DNA from: an uncultured Pseudomonadota bacterium
Lineage (GTDB): Bacteria; Oederibacteriota; Muellerivitia; Muellerivitales; Muellerivitaceae
Length of the DNA stretch: 64,000 bases
Direction: 5' to 3'
Assembly: GCA_963843375.1 (NCBI GenBank)
Contig: CAWJKT010000004.1
Span: 1-64,000 of the forward strand
The notes below the pieces were generated by a model. It was not told the origin of the DNA. It saw only the letters and a list, made by a program, of their open reading frames with translations, and made no database searches. The position numbers and the translations under genes were made by a program. This document shows, one piece after another, positions 26,196 to 36,800 of the stretch. Within the stretch, counting starts at the first letter, position 1; each line of letters begins with the position of its first letter.

Positions 26196-26981
26196 GTGAC
26201 TGCGCCAGTGTCTGTAGCACCCCCTGAGCGTATCACGCTTTTTCTGGACGACTACGACCTGCCGCAATTTGTCGCGGAGGCCGCCAGATTCGGGCAGCAC
26301 CGTTTCGGGTTCGTTGTCACTCCCAACGTGGATCACATCGTCCGCTACCACGATGATGCGACCTTCCGCGATTCGTATGCTGCGGCTGCATACGTGCTTC
26401 TTGACAGCAGACTCCTTGCGCGCGTGCTGTGGTTGATGAAGGGCCTGACGCTGCGCGTTTGCACGGGTTCCGACCTGACCGCCTCCCTGTTCGCCACCGT
26501 TATCACCCCGCCAGATCGCATAGTCCTGATTGGCGGCACTGTTACCCAGGCACGACAGCTTGCGGGGCTCTACGGCCTCGCCAATGTCCAGCATTTTGAC
26601 CCGCCGATGGGATTCATCAAGGATCCTGCGGCGGTACGGGAGTGCCTGGAGTTCGTGGAAGCGCACAGCCCGTTTCGCTTCTGCTTCATTGCGGTGGGCT
26701 CACCCCAGCAGGAGGCTCTGGCGGTGCAGCTGCAATCGCGGGCCCGTGCACGGGGCCTGGCGCTGTGCATTGGCGCTTCGCTGAACTTTATCACCGGATC
26801 TGAAAGGCGCGCTCCAAAGTGGGTCCAGCGTCTCACCCTGGAATGGCTGTATCGGCTCTTGCAGGACCCGCGGCGCCTCGCGCGGCGCTATCTGATTCGA
26901 GGTCCGCGGATCCTTGCCTGCCTGTGGCGGGATCGCATTGTGGTGCGACCTCGCGCCGCAATCGCCCGCGCTCTGCGCTAG
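26196..26981 (+). CDS. WecB/TagA/CpsF family glycosyltransferase
   Basis: VVTPNVDH, GSDL, VGSPQQE, RAPKWVQ..LEWLYRLLQDPRRLARRYL. Confidence 0.92.
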   Translation: MTAPVSVAPPERITLFLDDYDLPQFVAEAARFGQHRFGFVVTPNVDHIVRYHDDATFRDSYAAAAYVLLDSRLLARVLWLMKGLTLRVCTGSDLTASLFATVITPPDRIVLIGGTVTQARQLAGLYGLANVQHFDPPMGFIKDPAAVRECLEFVEAHSPFRFCFIAVGSPQQEALAVQLQSRARARGLALCIGASLNFITGSERRAPKWVQRLTLEWLYRLLQDPRRLARRYLIRGPRILACLWRDRIVVRPRAAIARALR

Positions 26982-27634
26982 ATCCCAGGGCCCGGAAACG
27001 TGCGCGCCGCAGGGGCCGCGGGGGCCGCCGGCGCCGCCGGCGTTTCTGGAGTCGGGGGAGCCGCCGGAACCGCGGGCGCCGCTGGCGGGCCACCATTGCC
27101 GATGACCCCTGGCATGTTGGGCACGCCCATATGGCCCTGCAGCTGGCGCAGCTGATCCAGATTGATCTTGCCCGCGATGTTGACGATGGTGAGCTCCTTG
27201 GGCTCTTCACTGACGATCAGCAGGCCGCCGTCGGCGGAGTTTTCCCGCATGTGGATCTCCACATGCTCACCCTTCTCATGAACCGAAATGATCCGCTTCC
27301 AGCCCGGGGCATTGACCTGGGCCAGCACGCCGGAGACTTCCTGCTCGGAGTACATGTCGGGCTTATCGAAAGTGAAACTGCGCACCGTGATCGCCTTCAG
27401 ACCGTCCACCAGGTTGGTCATATCCCCGGCCGCCGGACCATGGTGGGCGCCAGCCCCCATCATGCCGCTGACCGATTTGAGCATGTCACTGTCCAGGGTG
27501 ATGTCCACCGACTCGGTGGCCTTCTTGGCCAGATCCCCGAAATCCGGTATCACCAGTTTCCCCGCCTGTGCCACCGCCAGAACCGGCAGCAGACCGCCCA
27601 TGATCCAGGCGCAACGCACGGCTGAAAGACTCAT
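26978..27634 (-). CDS. DUF4252-like periplasmic protein
   Basis: Signal peptide, LAKKATESVDITLD, ELTIVNIAGKINLDQL; ECF operon context. Confidence 0.75.
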   Translation of the reverse strand: MSLSAVRCAWIMGGLLPVLAVAQAGKLVIPDFGDLAKKATESVDITLDSDMLKSVSGMMGAGAHHGPAAGDMTNLVDGLKAITVRSFTFDKPDMYSEQEVSGVLAQVNAPGWKRIISVHEKGEHVEIHMRENSADGGLLIVSEEPKELTIVNIAGKINLDQLRQLQGHMGVPNMPGVIGNGGPPAAPAVPAAPPTPETPAAPAAPAAPAARTFPGPGI

Positions 27635-28008
27635 AGATTCTTCTCCTGTGATTGGAACTGTTCGATTCGCTGCTGCGCCAGACCCAAGCGCTCGCTGGTG
27701 ATCTCCAGCGCCAGCAGCAATTGCGAGTGAATGCGATCCTGCTCGGCGCGCTGCGCCGCCCGCACATCCAGCAGCTGCCAGCTCACGGTCAGCGCCACGA
27801 CCACCGACGCGGCGAGCGCCAGGGATGCCGAGTGCCAGCGCCGCTGATGTGCCGCGGGGACCGTGACCGGACGCGCCGCATCCGCAGGCGCCGTGGCGAG
27901 CCGCGCCATAAGGGCCGCCGTGAAATCCGCACCCGGATCGATCGGCCGCAGGCTCGCCTGCAGCGCGCGCTCGAGGCGGTCCGAGGTCTTGGCATCACCG
28001 ACAGTCAT
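27631..28008 (-). CDS. Putative membrane anti-sigma factor
   Basis: Single TM helix with LAASV, between ECF sigma and DUF4252 with ATGA overlaps. Confidence 0.6.
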   Translation of the reverse strand: MTVGDAKTSDRLERALQASLRPIDPGADFTAALMARLATAPADAARPVTVPAAHQRRWHSASLALAASVVVALTVSWQLLDVRAAQRAEQDRIHSQLLLALEITSERLGLAQQRIEQFQSQEKNL

Positions 28009-28595
28009 GGGGACATCTCCAGTCCTTGAGCGCGCAGCCAGTCCAATGAGCGGCGCAGATGGCTTTTGACAGTGTTGAGTGGCAGATCCAGGGTGATCGC
28101 AATGTCCTTCGGATCCAGGTCCTCCTGGAAGCGCAGCACGACGACGGCGCGCGGGACCTCCGGCAGGCGCAGCAGCAGCGCGCGCAGCGTCCGGTGCAGC
28201 AGCGGATCCCCACTGCTGTCTTCCACCGGAACTTCCAGCATCAAGGGGTCGCTGCCCAGTGCGGGCGGTCGGCGCGCGCGGGCGCGCAGCAGATCAATGG
28301 CACGGTGGGTCACGGTGCGGCAGACCCAATGCCGGGCGTGCAGCGCCGACTCCAGATGACCCAGCTGCCGGTGAAGACCCAAAAAAGTATCCTGGGCCAG
28401 CTCTTCGGCATCCTCGCGCCGGCCGGTCAGGCGCAAGGCCAGACTGTAGACCCGGGCCTGGTGCAGGCGAACCAAGCGTACGAAGGCGCTCGAGTCGCCG
28501 GCGCGCGCCGCGACGAGGTCGCCATCGGCCTCATCGCCAGGCACCGCATCGGCCGGCAGGGCGGAGAATTCCAGCGGTACGGATGTCAGGCTCAC
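28005..28595 (-). CDS. ECF RNA polymerase sigma factor
   Basis: DAEELAQDTF region 2, EDLDPKDIAITLDLPLNTVKSHLRR region 4. Confidence 0.9.
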   Translation of the reverse strand: MSLTSVPLEFSALPADAVPGDEADGDLVAARAGDSSAFVRLVRLHQARVYSLALRLTGRREDAEELAQDTFLGLHRQLGHLESALHARHWVCRTVTHRAIDLLRARARRPPALGSDPLMLEVPVEDSSGDPLLHRTLRALLLRLPEVPRAVVVLRFQEDLDPKDIAITLDLPLNTVKSHLRRSLDWLRAQGLEMSP

Positions 28596-28645
28596 AACCC
28601 TATATACGCCAGGGACCCGGCGCTCGGGTGCAACCTGGGGCTCGG

Positions 28646-29944
28646 CTACCGGCCGCTGCGGTGCGCCAGTTTCACGGGTGCGCTCTCGGGCATGAGCAAC
28701 AGCGCGACCTGGCCGATCGTCACCGCGCCGATCAGGTACCACGCCGGTGCGATTGGGTTGCCGGTGAAATCAAGCAGCCATTTCACGATCAGCTGCGTCG
28801 TGCCGCCGAACACTGCAATGGCGATCGAATACGTCATCCCAAACCCGCTGCCACGAATGGCACCCGGCAGGCTCTCGGCCAGGGCCGCGTAGAAAGCTCC
28901 CGTCGAAATCCCGGACACTGCGTTCAGATAGATCATGCCGGTGATGAAAGCGAATTCGCTGCGCGTGGCCGCAATCCAGGCGAATGTGGGATAGATCAGC
29001 ACCAGGAATAGCAAATTGCCCCCGATCGTAATCGGCCGTCGTCCGTGACGGTCCGACCACCAGGCACCCAGGAGCGTGACGGGAATCCCGAGCAGGGTGC
29101 CTCCGGTCGAGGCCACGAAGCCGACCCGGGCGGAAAGGTGCATCGTGTCCTGAGCATAGGTGACGATGTAGGTGAAAATGTAGTTGCCGATGGTGCCCGA
29201 GCCCAGGTAGGCCAGGCCGCAAGCGAAAATCAGCCAGTGCCGGCGCGCCAGCGCCAGACGTGTTTCAACCTGAACGGCGTCTGTGGCGACCTTGGATGTT
29301 GCCGAGCGATTCAGAGTTTCCGGCAGGCGCATCCGCAGCCACAAGCCGAAGGGCACCGTCACGGCGCCCAGCAGGAAGGCGATGCGCCAGCCGTAGGCAT
29401 CGAGCGAAGCCGCGGGAAGCACGCTGGTGAGTAGCACGCCCACCAGCCCGCCGACGGTGACCGCGACGCCCTGGCTGGCGCCCTGCCAGGACACCACAAA
29501 ACCGCGTTTCTCGGGTGACGCCGCCTCAGACAGATACGCGGTGTTGGAGCCGATCTCACCCCCCAGGGAAAATCCCTGCGTCATGCGGGCGATGACCGCA
29601 AGAATCGGCGCGGCGACGCCAATTGTGGCGTAGCTGGGAATCACGGCCATGCCCACGATCGCGCAGCCCATGAGCAGGAAACACAGCATCATGGCGGGCC
29701 GGCGGCCGGCCCGATCGGCGTAGTTGCCGATCACGAAGGCGCCGATCGGCCGGGTCACGAAGCCGACGCCGAAGGTCGCCAGCGACAGCATCAGGCTGCC
29801 GTTGGCACTCTGGTGGGGGAAAAACGCGTGACCGATCTGGATGGAAAAGAATGCGTAGGTGACGAAATCGTAGAATTCCAGGGCGTTGCCCAGGGTGACC
29901 GCGACGATGTGCCGGCGCTGCAGCCGCTCGGGCGACTGACTCAC
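28646..29944 (-). CDS. MFS transporter, metabolite:H+ symporter family
   Basis: GNALEFYDF, RPIGA, DRAGRR, QGFSLGGE. Confidence 0.92.
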   Translation of the reverse strand: MSQSPERLQRRHIVAVTLGNALEFYDFVTYAFFSIQIGHAFFPHQSANGSLMLSLATFGVGFVTRPIGAFVIGNYADRAGRRPAMMLCFLLMGCAIVGMAVIPSYATIGVAAPILAVIARMTQGFSLGGEIGSNTAYLSEAASPEKRGFVVSWQGASQGVAVTVGGLVGVLLTSVLPAASLDAYGWRIAFLLGAVTVPFGLWLRMRLPETLNRSATSKVATDAVQVETRLALARRHWLIFACGLAYLGSGTIGNYIFTYIVTYAQDTMHLSARVGFVASTGGTLLGIPVTLLGAWWSDRHGRRPITIGGNLLFLVLIYPTFAWIAATRSEFAFITGMIYLNAVSGISTGAFYAALAESLPGAIRGSGFGMTYSIAIAVFGGTTQLIVKWLLDFTGNPIAPAWYLIGAVTIGQVALLLMPESAPVKLAHRSGR

Positions 29945-31143
29945 AGGTGCCGTGCCACCACGATATAGGCCGGCACATCCTTACCCGTCTGCTTGCGCGT
30001 GCTTTGCTGCGCGATCGAATCCACCGTGAACCCGATCTCAGCGAGTACGCAGCGCAGATAGCTTTGGCTATGTTGGTAGCGCCCCGACACACCCAGACGG
30101 TGACCGGCCGAATTGCTCTCCAGCAACGCCTCCACCGTGAATACCAACACACCCCCCGCGCGCAGGGCCGCGTGGGCCGCGGCCAGCGGCTCGGCCAGTG
30201 CGCCAAAGTACACCAGGGTATCGGCGCAGACGATGGCATCGAAACTGACGGGCCGGGAGCGCATGAAGGCCACCAGCTCCGCCGTCACGAGCTCATCGTA
30301 ACCGCCACGCTGTTGCGCGTAGTGAAGCATCTTCGGCGACAGATCGACGCCGACCAGCCGGCCACCGAGCTCGCGCAGCAGCGGTCCGCACAGGCCGGTG
30401 CCGCAGCCGGCATCGAGGATGGCGGCGAAGGCAGGCCGGGACGAGTGCGGAGCCGCGGCCCGCAAGGCCGTGGCCACCAGAACCGGTCCCCGGTAATCGA
30501 GCGTCTTGAGTACCGCATCGAAGCTGTCCGCGAAATCATCAAAATAGGTCCGGACATACTCATCCGGGGCGCGAGGGGGTGATTCCTGACCGCTCAGGCC
30601 GGCCGCAAGGTGGCGCGCGATCGGGTTGTTCGGTTCGCGCGTCATCCACTCGGTGGCCACCTGCGCCGCCTCCGACATGCGCTCCCGCCGGCACAGCAGG
30701 TTGGTCAGCGCTTCGTAGGCCCTGGTCGTCGGCTGCGGGCAGGTGAGAGCCCGACGCAGCAATTGCGCGGCAGCATCCGGATCGCCCTCGCGTGTCAGAC
30801 AGCCCGCGAGGTTGCACCAGAATTCACACTCCTCGGGTGACACCTGGGTCGCGCGCTGGAACGCGGCCTTGCCCTCCACCGGCCGGCCTGTCTCGCAGTA
30901 AAGGGTCCCGAGCCAGTTCCAGCTCTGGCCGACATACGGTTCGAACTTCAGGCTGCGCAGGACGTAGTCAATGGCCTGTTCTTTTTCACCGGCCTGATAG
31001 CTGAGCAGGGCCAAGCCGTAGAAAGCCAGGTGGTCGGTGGGTCGTTCGCGCAGCACCCGGCGGTAGCCCGCCTCGGCTTCGGAGAACTGGCCGGCCTGAT
31101 AGGCCGCCACCGCGTCGCGCAGCATTTGCTGGGGGGAACTCAT
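29941..31143 (-). CDS. TPR-repeat SAM-dependent methyltransferase
   Basis: N-terminal TPRs, [19 protein letters not shown]. Confidence 0.88.
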   Translation of the reverse strand: MSSPQQMLRDAVAAYQAGQFSEAEAGYRRVLRERPTDHLAFYGLALLSYQAGEKEQAIDYVLRSLKFEPYVGQSWNWLGTLYCETGRPVEGKAAFQRATQVSPEECEFWCNLAGCLTREGDPDAAAQLLRRALTCPQPTTRAYEALTNLLCRRERMSEAAQVATEWMTREPNNPIARHLAAGLSGQESPPRAPDEYVRTYFDDFADSFDAVLKTLDYRGPVLVATALRAAAPHSSRPAFAAILDAGCGTGLCGPLLRELGGRLVGVDLSPKMLHYAQQRGGYDELVTAELVAFMRSRPVSFDAIVCADTLVYFGALAEPLAAAHAALRAGGVLVFTVEALLESNSAGHRLGVSGRYQHSQSYLRCVLAEIGFTVDSIAQQSTRKQTGKDVPAYIVVARHL

Positions 31144-31148
31144 TGGTC

Positions 31149-31161
31149 TAAGTTATTGATT
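31149..31161 (-). promoter_or_regulatory. IHF consensus site just 3' of tRNA-Ala
   Basis: Minus strand AATCAATAACTTA matches WATCAANNNNTTR exactly. Confidence 0.55.
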
Positions 31162-31165
31162 TTTA

Positions 31166-31241
<76 letters not shown>

Positions 31242-31345
31242 GTACCCGAACCCCCACCCGAGCGGGCGCGCAGAATACCAGAAAATCCCCGGAACGCACG
31301 CGTTTTGGCCTGCACGGTGAGACGTGCTTCCTGAAGCGCACGGGC

Positions 31346-32754
31346 TCAGCTGAGGGCGGCCGACCCACGCCAGCGCCTGATCCAGGCGGCGCCAGCACCC
31401 GCTCCGGCCAATCAGTGCAGCGGTCGCATCGATGGGCGGCGACACCGCGGTACCCGTCAGCGCCACGCGCAGCGGCTGCGCCACTTTGCCCAGGCCCACG
31501 CCCGATTCGCGCGGCGATGTCCGTCAGCACGCCATGGACGCCGGTCGCGGACCAGTCGGTGAGCGACCCAAAGCCGGTGCGCAGGCGCCCGAGCATCGCC
31601 GCACCCTCCCCGTCCGAGGTGCTTGCGCCCGGCCTTCTCATCGATCACGACGTCGCGTGCACGAAGAAATAGCGGCTGCGACTCGGCCATTTCCTTCATG
31701 GTCTTGGAGCGCTCGCGCTGCCCGGCCACGATGCCCTCGAGCAGCGCCTGGTCCTGGGTCTCGATGCCCAGCCGCTGCAGCTGCTCGCGCAGCACGCCGG
31801 CCAGATACGGCAGCGGCGCGCGCATCATGTGCTGCTGGTTCACCCACAGCAGCTTCTCCGGATTGAACGCCGACGCCGCCTTGTTGACATCTTGAATGTC
31901 GAAGAGCCGCACCAGTTCCTCGAGGCTGAAGATCTCCTGGTCCCCATGCGACCAGCCCAGGCGCACCAGGTAGTTGAGCAAGCGCCTCGGGCAGGTAGCC
32001 CTCCTCCCGATAATACAGCACGCTCACGGCGCCATGGCGCTTGGAAAGCTTGGCGCCATCGGCCCGAGGATCATGGCCACGTGGGCATAGACGGGCGGCG
32101 TGAAACCGATCGCGCGCAGCATGTTGATCTGGCGCGGCGTGTTGTTCAGATGATCATCACCGCGGATCACGTGGGTGATGTGCATGTCGCTGTCGTCGAC
32201 CACCACGCAGAAATTGTAGGTGGGCGTGCCATCGGAGCGCGCAATGATCAGGTCATCCAGCTCCGCGTTCTGGAACACCACCGGTCCGTGGACCAGATCC
32301 TCCACGATGACTTCGCCATCCAGCGGGTTCTTGAAGCGGACCACGGGCTGTATCCCGCCACGGGTGCGGTGCGCTGCCGGCAGCGTCCGTCATAGCGCGG
32401 CTTCTCCTTGCGCGCCAGCTGGCGCGTTGCGCATCTCCTCGAGCTCGTCCTTGCTGCAGTAGCAGTGGTAGGCCTTGCCCTGGCCAGCAGCTGCTGAGCA
32501 CCTGCGGCGTAACGGTCGAAGCGGCGGGTCTGGTAGTACGGGCCCTCATCATGAGTGAGGCCCAGCCACTGCATCCCATCCAGAATGACCTGGACGGCCT
32601 CCTGCGTGGAGCGCTCGCGATCGGTGTCCTCCACTCGCAGGATGAAGCGGCCGGCGTGACGCCGGGCGTACAGCCAGCTGAACAGCGCCGTGCGGACGCC
32701 ACCAATGTGCAGCAGCCCCGTGGGGCTGGGCGCGAAGCGGGTAACGATAGTCAT
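31346..32754 (-). CDS. gltX: Glutamate-tRNA ligase, multiple frameshifts; 3' end approximate
   Basis: [55 protein letters not shown]. Confidence 0.93.
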
Positions 32755-32789
32755 GGAGGGCGCGATGTTAGCAGCTCTGACCGTCGGCA

Positions 32790-32825
32790 TTGCCACGCGG
32801 GCGCGGGATGCTTACACTTGCGCGC
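32790..32825 (+). promoter_or_regulatory. Sigma-70 promoter of tRNA-Val with GC-rich discriminator
   Basis: TTGCCA-17 bp-TACACT-TGCGCGC ending 10 bp before the tRNA. Confidence 0.6.
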
Positions 32826-32835
32826 TCATTTTGGC

Positions 32836-32910
32836 GGGCGGTTAGCTCAGCGGTAGAGCACTGCTTTCACACGGCAGGGGTCACAGGTTCAAGCCCTGTA
32901 CCGCCCACCA
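32836..32910 (+). tRNA. tRNA-Val (CAC), integration target
   Basis: GGGCGGT acceptor pairs with ACCGCCC, anticodon arm CTGCT-TTCACAC-GGCAG, encoded CCA. Confidence 0.97.
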
Positions 32911-32991
32911 TCCAGAAACATGGTTAAAACAAGGGCTTAGGAAGTTTCCTAAGTTCCTGTTTCTTTCTGCATGTTCGGATTTTGGTCATTT

Positions 32992-33010
32992 TGGGACAGT
33001 TCTGGGACAG
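32992..33010 (+). repeat. Paired TGGGACAG direct repeats, putative integrase arm-type sites at attL
   Basis: TGGGACAG-TTC-TGGGACAG; same motif begins each 171-173 bp junction. Confidence 0.7.
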
Positions 33011-33055
33011 CACCTGTGGCGCGTGCGTGTGCGACGCCAACACGGAGACTGTCCT

Positions 33056-34039
33056 GTGGCGACAATCGAAAAACGCGGCAAGTTCTGGCGGGCGAAAATC
33101 CGTCGCCAGGGCGCCCCTGCACAAACCCGGACTTTTGAAAACAAGACCGTGGCCCAGCAATGGGCCCGTAGCATCGAGACCGAGCTCGATAGCGGCATTG
33201 TCATCGATCGGCGCCCGGCCGAGCGCACCACCCTGGCCGAGGTCCTGGAGCGCTATCGGCGCGATGTAACGCCGACCAAGCGCGGCGCGCGGGACGAGAA
33301 CCTGCGCCTCAAGGCCATGGCGCTGCGCCCCTTCGCCCGCATCCGCATGGCCGCGCTCACGAGCTCCTACCTCGCCGCCTACCGTGATCAACGGCTCAAG
33401 GTGGTGTCCGGGGCGACCGTGAATCGCGAGTTCAACGTCCTCTCCCACGCCATCGATACGTCCCGTCGGGAATGGGATATCCATATCCCATTCAACCCCT
33501 GCACCCTGGTGCGGAGACCGCCCCAAGGACGCCCACGGAGCCGACGGCTACAGGGCGATGAGGAACAGCGGCTGCTCGCTCACTGCCGGGCTGCGCGCAA
33601 TCCCTGGCTCGTGCATTTCGTGATACTTGCGCTCGAAACGGGCATGCGGCGCGGAGAGCTGCTGTCCCTAGAATGGGTCAACGTCGACCTGAATAGGCGC
33701 ACAGCGCTGTTGCCCATCACCAAGAACGGCGACAGCCGAGGCGTACCGCTGTCCAGCCGGGCCCTGACTGTCCTGCGCTCGCTTCCGCCCTCGACCACGG
33801 GCCGCGTCTTCGGGGATCTCACCGCTGATGCTGTCAAGCTCTCGTTTCGGCGGGCGACGGTTCGGGCCAGTATCACGGGCCTGCGATTCCATGATCTGCG
33901 CCACGAGGCGACCAGTCGCCTTTTCGAGAAGGGCTTGAACGTCATGGAGGTCGCCTCCGTGACGGGGCATAAGACCCTGCAGATGCTCAAGCGCTATACC
34001 CACCTGAATGCGGTGGATCTTGCCCCCCGGCTCGGTTGA
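33056..34039 (+). CDS. Tyrosine recombinase/integrase, Rci/HP1-like
   Basis: GGAG RBS, N-terminal arm-binding-like KRGKFWRAKIRR, TGMRRGEL, TKNG, HDLRH, TGHK..MLKRY: full R-K-H-R-H-Y set. Confidence 0.95.
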   Translation: MATIEKRGKFWRAKIRRQGAPAQTRTFENKTVAQQWARSIETELDSGIVIDRRPAERTTLAEVLERYRRDVTPTKRGARDENLRLKAMALRPFARIRMAALTSSYLAAYRDQRLKVVSGATVNREFNVLSHAIDTSRREWDIHIPFNPCTLVRRPPQGRPRSRRLQGDEEQRLLAHCRAARNPWLVHFVILALETGMRRGELLSLEWVNVDLNRRTALLPITKNGDSRGVPLSSRALTVLRSLPPSTTGRVFGDLTADAVKLSFRRATVRASITGLRFHDLRHEATSRLFEKGLNVMEVASVTGHKTLQMLKRYTHLNAVDLAPRLG

Positions 34040-34073
34040 GCCGGTGACAATAACCCAAGCGTTAGGTTACACT

Positions 34074-34322
34074 ATGCCGACGATTCTGCGATTTCGGGGT
34101 TTGCGGGTGATGATTTACACCCATGATCATTGGCCACCCCATGTGCACGTCATTGCGCCCGAAGCACAGGCCAAGATTGCACTGGGTGAAGCACGACAAC
34201 GTCCTCATGTGCTAGTCAATGATGGACTAACACCGCGACAACTGAACTGGGCCCTGACTGAGATTGATCGCAATCGCGAATTGCTGCTGACGCGCTGGAG
34301 AGAAATTTATGGCGACGCCTGA
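34074..34322 (+). CDS. DUF4160 family protein (predicted toxin)
   Basis: MPTILR..IYTHDHWPPHVHV; overlaps DUF2442 gene. Confidence 0.85.
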   Translation: MPTILRFRGLRVMIYTHDHWPPHVHVIAPEAQAKIALGEARQRPHVLVNDGLTPRQLNWALTEIDRNRELLLTRWREIYGDA

Positions 34323-34755
34323 GTGGATCAAGAAGGAGCTGCGCGCAAACTTCGCCAAGGCATCCCGTGCCGGGCGACTGGCTGCGAAGACGGAACCACG
34401 TGCAGCGACCGCGGCGTATCGCGGCCGAGAGCAAGCCCTGCACGTAGAGCTCACGAACGGCGCCAAATTCATCATCCCGGTGAAGCTCATTCCGGAGCTG
34501 CAGAAAGCATCGGTCCGAGATATTTGCAAGGTGGAAGTACTTGGCCGGGGTGGTGGGCTCCATTGGGAGACACTGGATGTGGACATCAGTGTTCCGGGGC
34601 TCATAGCCTCCGTCTTCGAAGGACCGACGTGGCTTGCTGAACTCGGGCGCGTCGGCGGTCAACGGTCCTCAGCCGCAAAAGCGGCAGCGGCACGGAAGAA
34701 CGGACGCAAGGGTGGCCGCCCGCGCCTACGAGATTCTGCGGATTCCAGGGCATAG
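34309..34755 (+). CDS. DUF2442 family protein (predicted antitoxin)
   Basis: GLHWETLDVDISVPGL, C-terminal SAAKAAAARKNGRKGGRPR. Confidence 0.85.
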   Translation: MATPEWIKKELRANFAKASRAGRLAAKTEPRAATAAYRGREQALHVELTNGAKFIIPVKLIPELQKASVRDICKVEVLGRGGGLHWETLDVDISVPGLIASVFEGPTWLAELGRVGGQRSSAAKAAAARKNGRKGGRPRLRDSADSRA

Positions 34756-34804
34756 ACCCGACGAACCTGTGACCACCTCCAGCTACTTGTCGCAACCCCA
34801 CGCG

Positions 34805-35074
34805 ATGGTGTCGCGATCACGGACGGTCGCCGGCATCATTCTCTGGTGTATGTGGCAGACGATCCGAATCCCCGCCTATCTCTTTCTGTCCATCCTTGCG
34901 CCCGTGGTTCGTGTCGTGCTGAGCGCGGTTGCGCTGCTCGGCATTCTGACAACGCTACTGTGGGAGTGCGTTCATCCGCAGCACTTCCCGTTCGCCTTAA
35001 TGCTAGGGATGTCCTTAGGCTTCGGGTTGCTGCTGTACGTCTACGAGTGGCTGCTGAGTTCTCTCAGCCGATAG
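34805..35074 (+). CDS. Small membrane protein
   Basis: Two to three hydrophobic segments, convergent with relaxase. Confidence 0.5.
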   Translation: MVSRSRTVAGIILWCMWQTIRIPAYLFLSILAPVVRVVLSAVALLGILTTLLWECVHPQHFPFALMLGMSLGFGLLLYVYEWLLSSLSR

Positions 35075-35093
35075 GCCCGAGAAGGCCGGCCCA

Positions 35094-36119
35094 TCAGCGA
35101 GTTCGCTCCGGCACTCGAACCGGATCTGGCTTCTTTGGAGCAATTCGGTCTTTGAACGACTGGACGATCTGGTAGGCCAGCTGTTCCTTGTCCGTCATGA
35201 CGGGGGGCATCTCCTGCACAAATTTTCGCACATCGGCCACCAGCTTCGTTTCGCCCTGGCGATCGAGAGTCTTTGCAACTGCGAGCCACCCTGCGACCAC
35301 CGCCTTGCGGGTTTCGACAAGCTTCGCGCGCCCGGGCTCGTTAAACACCGACCCATTGGCGATCCGCTGGGCGACCTCGTCTACCTTCTGGCGCATGGCC
35401 CAGGAGGCTCCGCGCCGCTGTGCCCTCAGCATAGGGTCAAGTGTCTTTCTGCGGTTGGCACCGCGCACCGCTCGCGGAGTCGCGTTGGCGGGAACGCCCT
35501 GCTCCCGCATGCACTGTGCGAAATCCTCTCGCCACAGGCGCAGGGTGCGCTTGTCGATGCGGAGCCGACGACCGTGCAGGCCCTCGGACTTAACGACGAG
35601 GTGGGTATGGGGATGGGGTTGGTCCGTATGCAGCACCATGGCATAGCGGTGTTCTAAGCCGAACCGCTCACGCGCGAACTTCCTCGCCGCCGCCAGGACC
35701 TTCTCGGGTGGCGTCGGTGTCGGCATGGACAGCACAATGTGATGCACCAATTTCACCGATCTGGGCGGTGGCTTGCCTGATCGCGCACGGCGGTACTGAC
35801 CTGATGATAAATCCAGGTGCCAATCGTCTATCAGGCTCTCAAGGCTCTCCCTCCCCTTCAGGGACTCGCCGCCGTCTGTTTCCACCGGCTGCACACCGTT
35901 GCGGCTGATGTATTTTAGGTGCGCGCTGACCGCCCCGAGGTTCGTCGCTCCGCCAGTCACTTTCACCATGACCTCCGGTACCCTGCTGACGGTCCGGGCG
36001 ACCTGGGAGACATGGCTGGGCGCCAGGTGGTCTCTGGATTGGGGGCGGGGCCGTGCCGCACTGAAGATGTCGAGCCAGGGTTCGGCGTCAGGCCGAATCT
36101 GGACGAGTCGCTTACCCAT
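35094..36119 (-). CDS. MOBP / VirD2-like relaxase
   Basis: PEVMVKVTG, HLKYISR catalytic Tyr, HIVLS, HTDQPHPHTH HUH motif. Confidence 0.9.
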   Translation of the reverse strand: MGKRLVQIRPDAEPWLDIFSAARPRPQSRDHLAPSHVSQVARTVSRVPEVMVKVTGGATNLGAVSAHLKYISRNGVQPVETDGGESLKGRESLESLIDDWHLDLSSGQYRRARSGKPPPRSVKLVHHIVLSMPTPTPPEKVLAAARKFARERFGLEHRYAMVLHTDQPHPHTHLVVKSEGLHGRRLRIDKRTLRLWREDFAQCMREQGVPANATPRAVRGANRRKTLDPMLRAQRRGASWAMRQKVDEVAQRIANGSVFNEPGRAKLVETRKAVVAGWLAVAKTLDRQGETKLVADVRKFVQEMPPVMTDKEQLAYQIVQSFKDRIAPKKPDPVRVPERTR

Positions 36120-36666
36120 AGTTGGTCTCCCAGGTAATGAGCGCGGCGCGAGTGAAGTCGCGCGTGGCCTGCTCAAGGCCCTTGATGGCGGCTCCCATAC
36201 TGCTAAGCTCATGCTGTAGTTCGGTCGGCAACTGACCCGTCGCCAGCGTGTTTCGAGCGAGTTGGTGCGTCACACGAACTGAAACAGCCAGCACCGCAAC
36301 GGACCCTTTGAGGGCCTGGAGCTCCTGCTTCATCAAGGGCGGCCCCCCGGCCACATGGGCCCTGACGAGCCCGGCGATATAGTTGGACGCGGCCGTTCCC
36401 CGATTCGAGGCGCGCCAGCCAATGGCCTGCCGGTCTCCCGGTCGCAACCGGATGGTGATTCGGTCGGTGGCCGGTTCAGTGACCACCTTGGCGAGCAACG
36501 GTGGCCCGTACCGCGCCAGTTCGAGATAGGTGCGGATGGCGAGTATGGCGAGCTGGGATTCGGACAAGCCGCGCGCCTTCGCCAATTCCCCGAAGCGTTT
36601 CTTTTCATCCGGCGTCGGTCGCGCCGTGATTGAAATGAAGCGCCGTTTGCGCAGCTGGGGAGTCAT
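36112..36666 (-). CDS. MobC-like relaxosome accessory protein (tandem RHH)
   Basis: ITARPT..EKKRF..LAKARGLSES and ITIRLRPGD RHH-like motifs; between oriT and relaxase. Confidence 0.7.
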   Translation of the reverse strand: MTPQLRKRRFISITARPTPDEKKRFGELAKARGLSESQLAILAIRTYLELARYGPPLLAKVVTEPATDRITIRLRPGDRQAIGWRASNRGTAASNYIAGLVRAHVAGGPPLMKQELQALKGSVAVLAVSVRVTHQLARNTLATGQLPTELQHELSSMGAAIKGLEQATRDFTRAALITWETNYG

Positions 36667-36680
36667 GGCGCGCCCCGCCC

Positions 36681-36716
36681 GTGTGCCGCACAACGCGGAC
36701 ACCTCGCTATCCTGCC
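36681..36716 (+). other. Putative oriT with RP4-type nic site
   Basis: Imperfect IR GTGT(G)CCGC/GCGGACAC followed by TATCCTGC at 36708-36715 (YATCCTG/Y). Confidence 0.75.
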
Positions 36717-36800
36717 ATCCAAATCAATCGACGCCCCTGTGTGACATGCCCAAAGGGGTTGCGCAGCAAGCAAACTCCGTCGCGTCCGCATATGTGAGTC